Both the position numbers and the translations under genes were made by a program. Below, in pieces: positions 38,952 through 50,000 of a DNA stretch of 64,000 nucleotides. The notes beneath the pieces are model-generated. The model ran no database searches, was not told the origin of the DNA, and was given only the letters and a program-made list of their open reading frames with translations. The stretch is from an uncultured archaeon (GTDB lineage: Archaea; Aenigmatarchaeota; Aenigmatarchaeia; Aenigmatarchaeales; JAHLMS01): assembly GCA_964353775.1 (NCBI GenBank), contig CAYGWB010000006.1, positions 115,991 to 179,990 of the forward strand, in the 5' to 3' direction. The number at the start of each line of letters is the position of its first letter. The first letter of the stretch is position 1.

Positions 38952-39848
38952 TTAATCGTTTCTAGAGCTCTTTTGTGAGTCCTTTTTGACTTCCTTGCCC
39001 CAGAATATCCTGTTTGAGCGGCCAGTTCGCTCAAGTTTCACAAGTCCGCGTTCGTTCAAAGATTTCAGCACTTTCGACACTTTTGCCTTGGAATAGCCGC
39101 TTTCCTTCACAATCATCTTCTGATTTACACCGCTGCCGTGCTTGATTAGTCCTTCGAGAACAGATTTCTCGTCCTTCTTCAGCACGGGCAAAATAATTTT
39201 CATGTTCTCTTTCGAAGAGTTGCTGAAATAAAATTTGTAGGCGATGCCGCCCGCTATCGCAACGATTGCGAGAACAGCAATCAAGATATTCGTTGCTGAT
39301 GAGAAACCTGTCTGCTCGTACGCGATCGATGCGGACCATTGGTCACTGACATCTTTCGCGGTCCAGCTTATCAAAATATTTCTGCCGTCCGTGCCGATTG
39401 TCGCACCTTCCGGCTCGATCGCATCTGCTATCGGTTCCTTGAGCACTATTCCTGCCGGAAGTTTCACGTTCACTTTAAAATCCGAAGCTGGCTCAGTAAG
39501 TCGGAAATTGTCAGCCCACACTAGCCAATCTCCTTTGCGGTTGATGCGTTCTGAAGAAGTATAATCGACCGTGAAGAAGTTCACTGGATTGTCACATATT
39601 ATGTTCGTCTGCAGCAATGCCTTGTCGATGCGGCACGTGCTCGGACTCACCACAACGTCCTTCGGTGTTCCGGGTATGACCATTATCAACCCGGAAGAAT
39701 ATTTTGTGAAGTTGATGGAAGTGTGATATGTTGCAGTGCTGTCCGATATACTTACATCTACGGAATAGCCTTCTATTTGGGCAGCCACCGGCACCGTCAT
39801 TATCCCGAACAGGACTAGCGCCAGTGCGACCATTATTGGAGTTTTCAT
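38952..39848 (-). CDS. Membrane-tethered winged-helix regulator (signal peptide, extracellular domain, TM, cytoplasmic wHTH)
   Basis: A 298-aa protein. The C-terminus LEGLIKHGSGVNQKMIVKESGYSKAKVSKVLKSLNERGLVKLERTGRSNRIFW is a MarR/TrmB-type wHTH that follows a TM helix. Confidence 0.5.
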   Translation of the reverse strand: MKTPIMVALALVLFGIMTVPVAAQIEGYSVDVSISDSTATYHTSINFTKYSSGLIMVIPGTPKDVVVSPSTCRIDKALLQTNIICDNPVNFFTVDYTSSERINRKGDWLVWADNFRLTEPASDFKVNVKLPAGIVLKEPIADAIEPEGATIGTDGRNILISWTAKDVSDQWSASIAYEQTGFSSATNILIAVLAIVAIAGGIAYKFYFSNSSKENMKIILPVLKKDEKSVLEGLIKHGSGVNQKMIVKESGYSKAKVSKVLKSLNERGLVKLERTGRSNRIFWGKEVKKDSQKSSRND

Positions 39849-40318
39849 TTCTCCTGTCCCCGCACAAATACAATTCCGCCAAGCCCTGCCTCGGCAAAGC
39901 GGTGCATCATTGCCGCAACGGTGTTCATTATGTTCTGCGCCTCGCCCGCACCGACAGAAATCTTATTCGGTTCGAGCAGTTCGACGGACGACGGACCGTA
40001 TTCCATTACGACCTGAAACAGGCCCTCAAGGTTCTTCGCTATCAGCTCGACTTCCACGGTGCAGGAGAAACCGACCTCTATGTTTTTCAAAGGCTTATCG
40101 CGCATCACCATATCGCCGAAATCCTTCTTGTAGACCTTAACTCTCTGATCCTTATCAAGCCTGCCGACGAGCTCGTCGAGGGCGGAGCGCGTTACGTCCG
40201 CTTTTACAGCCAGCGCCTCAAAGGCGAGCCAGGCGCGCAACCATCCGCCAGATACTTTTTCATCGGCCAGTTCCTTGTTTATGATAGTAGACACCTTGCC
40301 AATTCTATGGATGGACAA
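39845..40318 (-). CDS. Hypothetical cytoplasmic protein (157 aa)
   Basis: It has coding-like composition and overlaps the downstream gene by 4 nt. No family recognised. Confidence 0.4.
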   Translation of the reverse strand: MSIHRIGKVSTIINKELADEKVSGGWLRAWLAFEALAVKADVTRSALDELVGRLDKDQRVKVYKKDFGDMVMRDKPLKNIEVGFSCTVEVELIAKNLEGLFQVVMEYGPSSVELLEPNKISVGAGEAQNIMNTVAAMMHRFAEAGLGGIVFVRGQEK

Positions 40319-40336
40319 ACCTTTTAATGTTATTGT

Positions 40337-41365
40337 TCACGGACTTTTGGGCGACCATTTTCTGCCCGCAATCGGTATTTTCGCGCCGCATCCGGGGCAT
40401 TTCGAGTCCTTCGTAAGGTCCATCCTCAGAACGCTTATCCCACTACGTTCTATGAGCATCCGCCCGCAGTCCGGGCAGTAAGTGGACTCATAATTATGGT
40501 CGGAAACGTTTCCAAGGTAGACGAACCTCAGGCCTTCATTTCGCGCTATATTATATGCCTTTTCCAGCAGCTTCACGTCCGGGCTAGGCAGCTGGAGCTT
40601 GTAGGACGGGAAGAAACGGATGAGATGTAAAGGTGTGTCTGGTCCGAGGTTCTCTACGATCCATCTGCAGAACTTCTTCATGTCTGCCATGGATTCGCCG
40701 TGCTGAGGAACTATCAGATTAGTGACCTCGATGAACACCTTGTTCGCCTTGTACGCCAGCAGCGCATCGTATATCGGCTGGACGTTCGGGACGTTGGACA
40801 GCACTTTGTAGGCCTCAGGATTGCCCGACGCTTTGAAGTCTATGACAGAGGCGTCCAGATGCTTGGATATTTCCTTTATCGTTTCCGGGCTGGTGTAGCC
40901 GTTGGTTACCCAGCAGTTGTATAGGCCGGCCTTCGAGGCGAGCTTTGCGCAGTCGAATGCGAACTCGTAGAACATCGTCGGTTCGACATATGTGTAGCAT
41001 ACGCCCGCGCAATCCTGTTTCTTTGCCGCCTTGACGATATCCTCAGGCTTCCACTCACGACCCGCTATGGTCTGCCAGTTCTGCGAGAGCTCGGCGTTGC
41101 AGCAGAACTTACATTGGAAGTTACAACCAACAGTGCTAATAGAGAACGTTTTCGAACCTGGAGCGAAATGGAAGAACGGTTTCTTCTGGATAGGATCGAT
41201 GTTGACGGCGGCTATCTTGCCGTAGTTGAGAGAAAAGAGCTTTCCGCCCAAGTTCTGCCTGACCCGGCAGAAGCCTGTGCCCTGGTCTGGAATCCTGCAC
41301 TTTCTTGCGCACAGCTGACAACGCACGAACTTGCCCTCGGTCTTCCAGAACTTTGCCGCGTGCAT
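40337..41365 (-). CDS. AmmeMemoRadiSam-system radical SAM enzyme (PFL-activase-like)
   Basis: It has an N-terminal CQLCARKC...GFCRVR cluster, the radical-SAM motif GCNFQCKFC, DPIQKKPFFHF, and a C-terminal CPDCG...CPGCG ribbon. Confidence 0.65.
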   Translation of the reverse strand: MHAAKFWKTEGKFVRCQLCARKCRIPDQGTGFCRVRQNLGGKLFSLNYGKIAAVNIDPIQKKPFFHFAPGSKTFSISTVGCNFQCKFCCNAELSQNWQTIAGREWKPEDIVKAAKKQDCAGVCYTYVEPTMFYEFAFDCAKLASKAGLYNCWVTNGYTSPETIKEISKHLDASVIDFKASGNPEAYKVLSNVPNVQPIYDALLAYKANKVFIEVTNLIVPQHGESMADMKKFCRWIVENLGPDTPLHLIRFFPSYKLQLPSPDVKLLEKAYNIARNEGLRFVYLGNVSDHNYESTYCPDCGRMLIERSGISVLRMDLTKDSKCPGCGAKIPIAGRKWSPKSP

Positions 41366-41400
41366 ACAATACTTATAAATTCCGTACCTTTAATCTCTTT

Positions 41401-41509
41401 TGCCTTGGTGGCTCAGTCAGCAGAGCGGCTGCCTCGTACGGCATGACGGCCTTCGGCCGTCTGTTCGTGTAAGCAGCAGGTCGGGAGTGCAAATCTCCCC
41501 CAAGGCTCC
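41401..41509 (+). tRNA. tRNA-Thr (anticodon CGU) with a 33-nt intron at the canonical 37/38 site (41438-41470), CCA encoded
   Basis: Acceptor GCCUUGG/CCAAGGC, D-arm GCUC/GAGC, anticodon stem GCUGC/GCAGC interrupted after CUCGUA, and T-arm GGGAGUGCAAAUCUCCC. The spliced loop is CUCGUAA. Confidence 0.75.
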
Positions 41510-41551
41510 ATACTCAGATAAACTTAAATTCTGGGAGTATGAAATCTGCCC

Positions 41552-41728
41552 ATGATAAAATACCGTATTTTTGCCTGGAGCATGGACGTCAAGGAACTTG
41601 AAGGTGGCGTGGGCCGCAGGAACGTGCTGCTCGACCTGGTTGAGCAATTTATAAATAAACTCGGTGAAGATAAAATAGTAGCTATTACGAACCAGTTCAA
41701 CGCTATAATTGTATGGTATAGGGAGTGA
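41552..41728 (+). CDS. Small ORF (58 aa), hypothetical
   Basis: Hand translation gives MIKYRIFAWSMDVKELEGGVGRRNVLLDLVEQFINKLGEDKIVAITNQFNAIIVWYRE. It is the first of three tightly spaced small genes. Confidence 0.3.
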   Translation: MIKYRIFAWSMDVKELEGGVGRRNVLLDLVEQFINKLGEDKIVAITNQFNAIIVWYRE

Positions 41729-41732
41729 TAAA

Positions 41733-42038
41733 ATGGAATTGATTTGCTTCGTGAAAAGGGAGAACGCAAGAAAGGCGGAGGAAGCGCTGCGGAAGGACTT
41801 CGATGTCGCGGCCAAGCAGTCGATAACAATCCGCGATGCGGGTGCGCTCGGCGTCAAGGACGCAGGAGACGGCAGTTTCTTCTATGTGACAGGAACGGAC
41901 GAGGGCGTGAAAAGGTGCCAGGGGTTAATCAGGGACTTCATTTTCAACGTGAAACCAGAACTTCTGAACAAGGCTAAAGCGAAGATCAAAGAAGAGGAGG
42001 ATGCTGCAGCAGCCGGCTTCGGCGGAATCTTCGGGTGA
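41733..42038 (+). CDS. Small protein (101 aa) with a C-terminal ribosomal P-stalk-like tail
   Basis: GGGAGTGA sits before the ATG. The C-terminus KIKEEEDAAAAGFGGIFG resembles the aP1/P0 stalk tail (EEE..AGLGALFG). The N-terminal 70 aa are not P1-like. Confidence 0.5.
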   Translation: MELICFVKRENARKAEEALRKDFDVAAKQSITIRDAGALGVKDAGDGSFFYVTGTDEGVKRCQGLIRDFIFNVKPELLNKAKAKIKEEEDAAAAGFGGIFG

Positions 42039-42042
42039 TAAC

Positions 42043-42393
42043 ATGGCAAAGATGGCGATTTTCACAATAGGGGCGAACCAGATCCAGATAACTAAAATGA
42101 CCACATATGCAAGGGACAAGTGGGAGTTTGCAGGCAACTATACCGAAAACAAAAGGCTGATGGACGACGCCAGAGCGGGCAGGTTCGCCTACCTTTTGGT
42201 GTTCGATCACGAGGCCGTGGACGAGATCGTGCAGAAACAGCTGAGGAGCTGCGGCATAGAGATTCTGTGCTTCAAGGATCAGAACAGGCTCGAGCTCGCG
42301 TTGGATAATGAGAGGCGCAAGAAGGAGAAGGCCGAGAAGGAAAGGAAGGTGCGGCTGGATTTCGAGAAAGACATCGCGGTAATAAAGATCTGA
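42043..42393 (+). CDS. Small hypothetical protein (116 aa) with a K/E-rich C-terminus
   Basis: GGTGAT sits before the ATG. The start lies 4 nt after the upstream stop. Confidence 0.4.
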   Translation: MAKMAIFTIGANQIQITKMTTYARDKWEFAGNYTENKRLMDDARAGRFAYLLVFDHEAVDEIVQKQLRSCGIEILCFKDQNRLELALDNERRKKEKAEKERKVRLDFEKDIAVIKI

Positions 42394-42423
42394 TTTTTAT
42401 TCTTTGGGCGCCAAGTCTGGAAT

Positions 42424-42497
42424 GCGTCCGTAGTCTAGCGGTAGGATTTGAGCTTCCCAAGCTCGCGACCCGGGTTCGAATCCCGGCGGGCGCACCA
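42424..42497 (+). tRNA. tRNA-Gly (anticodon CCC), CCA encoded
   Basis: Acceptor GCGUCCG/CGGGCGC, anticodon loop UUCCCAA, and T-arm CGGGUUCGAAUCCCG. Confidence 0.8.
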
Positions 42498-42510
42498 ATT
42501 TATTTAGGTC

Positions 42511-43050
42511 ATGTCAACTATTTGCATGCAACAAGCACCTCCGATGCAGCCGGTACCTCCGCTCGGGCCGCCTCCTAGACAGCAAGGAACGCCACGCGAA
42601 AACATGCTTGCACACTTTCACCCTTCACGACTCGCTTTCTTCAAGCTGTACGTTTCGGCCATAGCACTCATTGTTATCACGCTTTTGCTCCAGACAGAAT
42701 TGATGCCAACCATTGTCCAACAATATAGATTATACACATTGGTGCTTATTGCACCGGCCGTGATACTTCTATTATTGGCCGAGCTCAGACGGATGACCGA
42801 TACCTATACAATAACAAACCTTACCGTTGTAGAGCGCATCGGTATCCTGCGTATCAACGAGAGCTTCGTAAACGTCGACAAAATATCGAGCACCACCATC
42901 AAGCAGTCGCTGTTAGACCGTCTGTTCGACATAGGCTCAATTGAAATGTGGTCGACGGGCGGGTCGGACGAACCTGAGATATCGATAGAAAAGATAGCGA
43001 ACGTACGACGCACAAAACAAATAATTGACCAGCTAGTGCAGCAGAGCTAG
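42511..43050 (+). CDS. Membrane protein with a bacterial-PH (bPH_2/YdbT-like) domain
   Basis: A 179-aa protein with a Pro/Gln-rich N-terminus, two TM helices, and then the ITNLTVVERIGILRINESFVNVDKISS pattern. Confidence 0.45.
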   Translation: MSTICMQQAPPMQPVPPLGPPPRQQGTPRENMLAHFHPSRLAFFKLYVSAIALIVITLLLQTELMPTIVQQYRLYTLVLIAPAVILLLLAELRRMTDTYTITNLTVVERIGILRINESFVNVDKISSTTIKQSLLDRLFDIGSIEMWSTGGSDEPEISIEKIANVRRTKQIIDQLVQQS

Positions 43051-44087
43051 ATCATCTGTAGCCTGTGAATTCTCAGATAAGGCTGCTTGTCCATCATCTG
43101 GACCTTGCCCCATACGCGGTAGCGCGCAGACGGTCGCGGTGTTATGCCCTTGCCCACAGCGATCATCCTGTTGTGCAGCCTGAATACGATGTCGCCGTTC
43201 TGATATTTCTTTATCGGATCGAGCGTACCGTGCAATACCACGCGTTTGCCGGCATGACCGGCAGTAATCTTGGTAACGTCGATTATGTGTTCATATCTTA
43301 GGAAGGCCGTTGACATGCCGAACGCTGCCGCCAATATTGCGGCGCCTACGACCAGCGGCAACCACGACGGTAACGCCGCTCCCATCGGTTCTTTCTGGAT
43401 TAGATGCGCGTTTCGTGCGGACTCTGCTGCGCTGTCGGCCAGGTTCTTTGCTACGGCCCAGTTCTGATTGCCGAAAGCGTTCTGCGCTTCGGCGAAAGTG
43501 CTCTCCGCACCGCTGACGTCCTTGCCCTCGGACTTTGCGGTCTGGATTGCTGCGGCGGCGGTCGCTATAGCAGCGCTCGCATCTGCTTCCGTAACTGTCG
43601 GTTGCTCTGACGGAGGCATCGTACAGACCTGCGTTTCTGTGTATGACTTGCAGGTGTAGTTGGTAGTTGCGTTGCACCTGTAATTTGTCCTGCTCTGATT
43701 GCTGTCAGCGCACGTTGACCATGCGGTCGGAGCTGAGCAGTTCGGACAGCTCCTTGTTCCGCCACCACCTAAGCTGCCGCCGCCTCCGCTCGGGCCGCCT
43801 CCGCCACCTCCGCTCGAACATGCGCTAGTGTTGAATGTGCAGCTCGCAGTGCAGGTCAGTGTACCGCTAACATAGCCCAAACCAGTACAGGTCTGTCCGT
43901 TGAGATTCGTGCCGTCACAGCTCTCCGATCCTGTTATAGAACCGTCCCCGCATATCTGAGTTATGTTGCCGCCGATTCCTCCGGCAGAAATATTGCCGCC
44001 GGTCTCAGCGAGCGGTGCGGCCATTGCCAGAGCTGGCAAAAGTAGCAGAATCGGAATCAATATTAGTACAGCTCGCATTTCTATCAC
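43047..44087 (-). CDS. Secreted/membrane Cys- and Gly-rich protein with a C-terminal OB-fold-like domain
   Basis: A 346-aa protein with a signal peptide, a Cys-rich region, a poly-Gly tract, a helical region, a TM helix, and a C-terminus KRVVLHGTLDPIKKYQNGDIVFRL. Its start overlaps the stop of the giant gene by 4 nt. Confidence 0.45.
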   Translation of the reverse strand: MIEMRAVLILIPILLLLPALAMAAPLAETGGNISAGGIGGNITQICGDGSITGSESCDGTNLNGQTCTGLGYVSGTLTCTASCTFNTSACSSGGGGGGPSGGGGSLGGGGTRSCPNCSAPTAWSTCADSNQSRTNYRCNATTNYTCKSYTETQVCTMPPSEQPTVTEADASAAIATAAAAIQTAKSEGKDVSGAESTFAEAQNAFGNQNWAVAKNLADSAAESARNAHLIQKEPMGAALPSWLPLVVGAAILAAAFGMSTAFLRYEHIIDVTKITAGHAGKRVVLHGTLDPIKKYQNGDIVFRLHNRMIAVGKGITPRPSARYRVWGKVQMMDKQPYLRIHRLQMI

Positions 44088-47000
44088 GCATAGATACCGA
44101 ACGCATACGTCGTCGAATAGCTGGCCGGATATGTTCCAGCCGGTATCGTCTGATTCAGTATAAGAGTTGTCCAGCCGCTCGTAATGTTCAGCGCATCGAC
44201 TGCCTCTGTCTCATTGTATGAATTCAAAATGTTATAAGTCTTCCAAGTGCCGGTCGCGTTCTGGTACTGCAATCTCGCGTAGCTGGCGACTGGTATGATG
44301 TGTCCTGAGCCGTCTGTCCAGTTCGCGACCTTCATCCTTATTCTGGTTCCGCCGGAAGCGCTGACGTTGAACGTCCACTGCCAATAGTCAGTACCGCTCG
44401 CGCTGGCTGACGTCTTGTCAGGCGTTATCGAGTTGATGAATATCGCGAAGCCTGTGTTGTCCACCGTGAAGTTCTTTATACTGCTCGTTGTATATCCTAT
44501 GTTGGCGTTGTCTGAGGCTTGCACATTTGCTTGGAAATCCGACAGGTTTGCGGCGCAGCCAGCAAAACTGCAGTTCCATGTTGCGCTCCAGATATTGTTC
44601 ACCGGATCGGTAAGGGCTAGATTAATGCTATTACCTACACCAGGCAGAACTCCAAGAGGGGTTGCATTGGTTATGACGGCTATCGTAGCATTGATTCCGG
44701 ATGAAACGCCGCCCGATATTGGATCGAAAACCTTCGCGCTGATTGTTATGTTCTGATAACGCTTGACATGATTCTGACCGAGCGGGTATGTTATCGTCAC
44801 GTTGGTCACGTTCGGGAGTGTATTGTCGACGAAATAATAGACTGTCGTTGAGTTCCTGTTGCCAGCGGTATCATTAGCAACAACTTGAAGTTCGTGTATT
44901 CCTTCAGTAAATGCCACTGACACATTTCCTGTCCAGACAGTCGGCGTTATGTTTGTGAGCACGACGCCGTTGGCTGTAACCACTGACACACCTGACGGGT
45001 CTGAGGCTGTAACGTTCACGGTCATGTTATTTGCAGGGAACACATTGCCGACATAGTACGGCGGGTTGCGATCCAGAACGACCGAGCTGATTAATGCTCC
45101 TGTTGTGTCGACGGTAAAGTTGTTCAGCACGGAGACGTTGCTGTTTCCTGCCAGGTCCGTACAGTTTATGGATATGTTGTGCTGGCCGGTCGTTAACGAC
45201 AGCGTCACGTACTGCGTCGTTCCGTTTATCACGCTTGCCAGTGTGCTAGGCACTGCGTCCAGTGTGTAATAGCAGTTCAATGTGGACGAGAAGTTGTCCC
45301 ATGGCGTGTAGATGAGCTGCGTCGGATTCGTCCAAGTGCTTCCGTTGGCCGGAGCTGTCAGATTGATGTACGGCTTGCTGCTGTCAACTGTCAGTTTCCA
45401 TATCGTGCTGTCGGAAGCGCCGCCTCCTGCATCTATGGAGCTGACCCTCCAGTACCATATGCCCTGTTGTGATGTCCAAGTGTAGTTGCGGTCAGTCCAC
45501 GTGTTGTTGTACTCGGGCGAGAGCATGTTCGGGCTGTTGTCGATCTTGATGGTGTAGTTCACAGCGCCTGAGACGTTTGTCCAGTTGAAGTAGACCGTGC
45601 TGTTGGTCGTTATCGTCCCGTCGGCCGGGCTCACCAGGTCTGGTGATGGCAGCTGTCGGATGAACGTTTCGGATGAGTCTGCAGGCCAGGACATCGTAGA
45701 ATAGAACGTGTATCCGGACGTAGCACCGCTGACAATCGTTGAATTGTCATACTCGATAGTCGCCTGAACAGTTTTGTATGGCATCCCGCTCGAGCTGATG
45801 TTGTAGACGACATGAATGATCTTCGATGTTCCGTTGGTTATTATATAGGAGGTCGGTGCGAGCTCGTATGGCGACGAAGTGTCAGAAGCACCAGGTATCG
45901 GCATGCTCGGACCGCTGCTGTCATTCCAGAGCTCGACAGCTGTCAGGTTGGTGTCGTCAGCCGTGCCAGTGAACAGAACAGAGACATTGTTTAGCGTGAT
46001 GTTCTCGCCAAAGGCTGTCAAGTTCAATCGCAACATCCCGACGCTCGTACCTCTGGCCGCAGTATACGGTGCCTCGTCGGTCCAATTAGCCGTCAATATT
46101 CCATAGACGCGCGTCGTCACTGACACACCAGATGAAGGCGTGTAGTACTGCGCTGGATTCGTGGTTATGTTGCAGGTAATCAGATGCACGCCTGCGGTTG
46201 TCGGTGTCCATGTTATGTTGGACCACCCATCGAAGAGCGTATAGTTGTTTCCCAGGAATCCGGTCACGTTGGACCAGAAGTTCACGTAGTGGCTGGAAAG
46301 CGGTGAGGTCGTGTTCGCATCCACCACCCTGCATGCCAGGTTCACTGGAGTGTTTATCTGGGTTGCTGCTGGCAGGTTTGTCTCATTGACCCTTGACCAA
46401 CCCCATATCTGGATCGGCCATAGCAGACGATAATCGTCATAATAGCTCAGGTTGGTGCTGACATTCAGGACCCATACGCCAAGCGGCGTCCAGCTCTCGT
46501 TGATGTACCACGTTACATTCTCCCAGTTCGTTGTCAGGTTGGCCATCGGTGGCGTGACGTTGGTCAGGTTGGTAGAATTGATGAACCATTTCAGCGGCGG
46601 TGGCGGCACTACATTACCGTTCTCATCAAAACCAGTGACGTTCGCGCTGATGTTCTGAGTCTTGAAGAATATCTGGCCTGACACGATGTTGGTTATGTTC
46701 AGGTACAGCTTGCCCTTTATTGTCAGATATGTGGTGTTCTGGGTCGAGCTCGTGTAGTATGGGCCAGAGGCGTTGGCCATTATCGAATAGTTGCCTGGCG
46801 TCGTAGTGTTAGGCGGGTTCCAGTCGGCCTGGCACACTCCCGGGCTTAGTATCGAGTCTGTCGTGCAGTTGGCTAGCAGTGCGGGCGAGAAAGTCGCGTT
46901 CCAGAAGCTTATGTTGATATTTGGAATTTCCGCTCCTAACTCGTCCTTGACCTCGGCCCTGAAGGTAGTTACGTATGGCGTGAAGTTGTCATTCCTGTAT

Positions 47001-50000
47001 ATCGGGTTCGGACTCACGCTCATGAATATAATATAGAGATTACCGTACAGACTGGTGCTGCCTGTCCAGTTGTTGTTCACGGTGTCATTGAAGTATAATG
47101 TCTCGTTGTCCGTGATGTTGCAGGTGATGTTGTATGGACCGACCGCTTCGTTCGTGGTGTTCCAGTTCCAGACGGCTATTCCGCTGCTGTTCGTCAGGTT
47201 CGTGCCCAACAGTGTACTATTGTCGCGCCAGAAGCGTACGGGATAGTTCGTTATGCCGGCCGAAGTGTTGACGTTCGAAACTAGGCAAGCGACATTGGCA
47301 AAAGTACCGCGCTGATAGGTCGGGCTGAGAGCAGTTGCGTTGGTTATGTTCGCCCAACCCCAGATGGTCGAGAGCGCAGAGCTGTAGGGCTCTGAACCGT
47401 TCGCCTGGATCGGTAGAACGGACGTGTTGCCGATTGCGCTGATGTTGCTGTTGTTGAGTGTGACTCCGAGCGTGAATGAATTGAACGCGGTACCGGAGAT
47501 GTTGTAGAGTACGTGCACGACCTTCCAGCCGCCGGCAGGCACGACTATCGGTTGCGTCAGGGTCAGGTTCGCGACGCCACCGTTGAAGGTCGCAGGTACT
47601 GTCAGGCTTAGCGATTTGTTCGGAATGCCCGCGCTGTCGTTCCACAGCTCAATTGCGCTGACGTTAGTGTCTGTAGCTGTTCCGGTCAGCGTCACATTTA
47701 TCTGGGTGACATTGATGGTTTCGCCTTCTGCGCTGAAGTTGAGCTTCAGCATGGCGACGCGTCTCTGGTCGACCTGAACGCCGCCAGGAGCCTCGCTAGT
47801 CGAACTCACGTTCAGCTTCCCGTAAATCCTGAGTTCGGACAAAGCGCTGTTGTTCACAGAGGCCGTGTAGTATGAGGCGTTATAGTCAGTGAAGTTGCAT
47901 GTGATGTTATGTACGCCTGCGTTTGGCCAGCTGTAGGTTATGTTGGCCCAGCCGGTGCTGTCCGTATTGTCGGCGCCCAACATTCCGCTTATACTGGACC
48001 AGAAGCGCACGATGTAGCCGTTGAGCGGCGCGTTTGTGACATTGTCAGTGACCCTGCAGCTGATGTTGACAAGCGTGTTTATCGAGCCATTGACAGGTAT
48101 CGACGTGCCGTTGATCATTGAGTAGCCCCAGATTTGGATCGCCTTTGTCTGGGTGCTGTCGAAATAATAAGTGCGATTCGCTATCGCGTTCAATGAATAG
48201 TCGCCGAGTTTGAATGTCTGGTCGACGGTCCAGCTGTAGTTCTCAGCACCGTACGGGCTAAGGGTAGTGTTCCATGTGACGTTGTTCAATGTCCATGTGA
48301 CGTTGTGGTCTGTCATTACCGTGCCGTTCTCGGCTCGCGTAGTCGAATTGACGTTGTAGGTGACGTTCCTGTAGAACTTCTGGCCGGCTATGACGTTGGT
48401 AATGTTGATGTTCAGTGCACCTTGGACGACCACCCAAGTGTAGTTCGTTGTCGATGGGTTGTAGCCTGACTTTGTCGCGTTGACCGCCAGTGTGACATTG
48501 CTAGGTTCGAAGTTGTTCGGCGGGTTCCATGTGACCGAGCAGAAGCCGATGGCGTTTGTAGTACAGTTGCAGGGCTTCGTTCCGTCCGTGCAGTTGTAGA
48601 GCAGGTTGCCCGTACTGTTGTCATACCACGAGACCGTGGCGTTCAGAACGCTCGCACCTGCGGTGTCCTTGATGTGAGCGGAGAGCGAGGCCGTGTACGG
48701 CGAGTAGCTGTCGTTCCTGTAGATGAATTGGTTGTCGACGCTGTACTCGAAGATGCTCAAGGTGGCAACTACGGATATCAGTGAGGAGTTCGAGTTGCTG
48801 GCAGATGCCGTGTAATATTTTATATCGCTGCCGGTGATGTTGCACGTTACGTTGTAGACTCCTGCGGCCGCCCAACTATAAGTGGTGTTGGCCCAGCCGG
48901 TGCTGTCCGTGGTGGATGAATTTATCAGTGTGTCATTTGACCAGAACTGCACGCTGTAGCCTGATATGTTGGCGTTTGTTACGTTGTCGGAAACCCTGCA
49001 TGCCAGAGCGGTTGTCGTGTTGGCCGGCGTGCTGGCCGGTATTGCAGTGCCGTTGATCATTGAGTAGCCCCAGATTTGGATCGCCTTTGTCTGGGTGCTG
49101 TCGGTGAAGTAGGTCAAGTTTGCGGTCGCGTTCAGCGAGTAGTCGCCAATCTTCAGCCCAGTACCTACAGTCCAGCTGTAGTTCTCAGCACCGTACGGGC
49201 TAAGGGTATTGTTCCATGTGGCATTGTATAGCCGCCATGTTACACTATGACTGGTCATCGCGGTTCCGTTCTCGGCGCGCGTTGTCGAATTTATGAAGTA
49301 GTTGACGTTCCTGTAGAACTTCTGCTCGTCCACTACGTTGGTCATGTTTAAGATCAATACGCCTTGAACGACCACCCAGGTAGAATTCGTGGTCGATGGA
49401 TAATAGTTCGTTCCTGTAGCGTTTACGTCGAGCGTGATGTTGTTCGGCTCGAAGTTGCTTGATGGGTTCCACTGCACAGAGCAGAAGCCTATTGGGTCAG
49501 TCGTGCAGTTTCCTATCAAAGCACCGTTAGTGGTGTCCCACCAGGTGACGTTCGCGTTCTGCACGCTATCACCAATCGCATCCTTGATGTGGGCGGACAG
49601 TGTCGTGATGTAAGGCGAGTAGCTGTCGTTCCTGTAGATGTAAGCGTTATCGCGGGCGTACTCGAAAATTACCAATCTGTCCGTCAGATTTATCTGACCT
49701 GCCTTGCCTGCAGCATTCAGGTCAGCCGTATAGTAGAGCGTGGCGTTGTCGGTGATGTTGCATGAGATGTTGTAGAGTCCTACTGGATCGGTCGGCACGT
49801 AGTTCCATGTGGCATTTCCGACTGAATTTGTCAGTATCGTCGTGTTCTTGACGCCGTTCTTCCAGAAGTCCACAGGATAGTTGGCTATGCCGTCTCCTGT
49901 GACGTTGTCCCGGACCCTACAGATTATCGGAATCGGAATGAGGCTGCGGTTCTGCGAGTAGTCCATGGCTGTCATGTTTGTGATGTTCGAATAGCCCCAT

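Noticed and set aside
41417-41857. Minus-strand ORFs 41417-41857 and 41524-41829
   Set aside because: They overlap tRNA-Thr and lie antisense to the small + strand operon. Their Ser/Leu-rich translations lack coding signal.
41733-42038. Calling the 101-aa protein ribosomal protein aP1 outright
   Set aside because: Only the C-terminal 18 residues match the stalk tail. The N-terminal domain does not resemble the helical P1 dimerisation domain and the gene is not in the L11-L1-L10-L12 context, so it is left as P-tail-containing protein.
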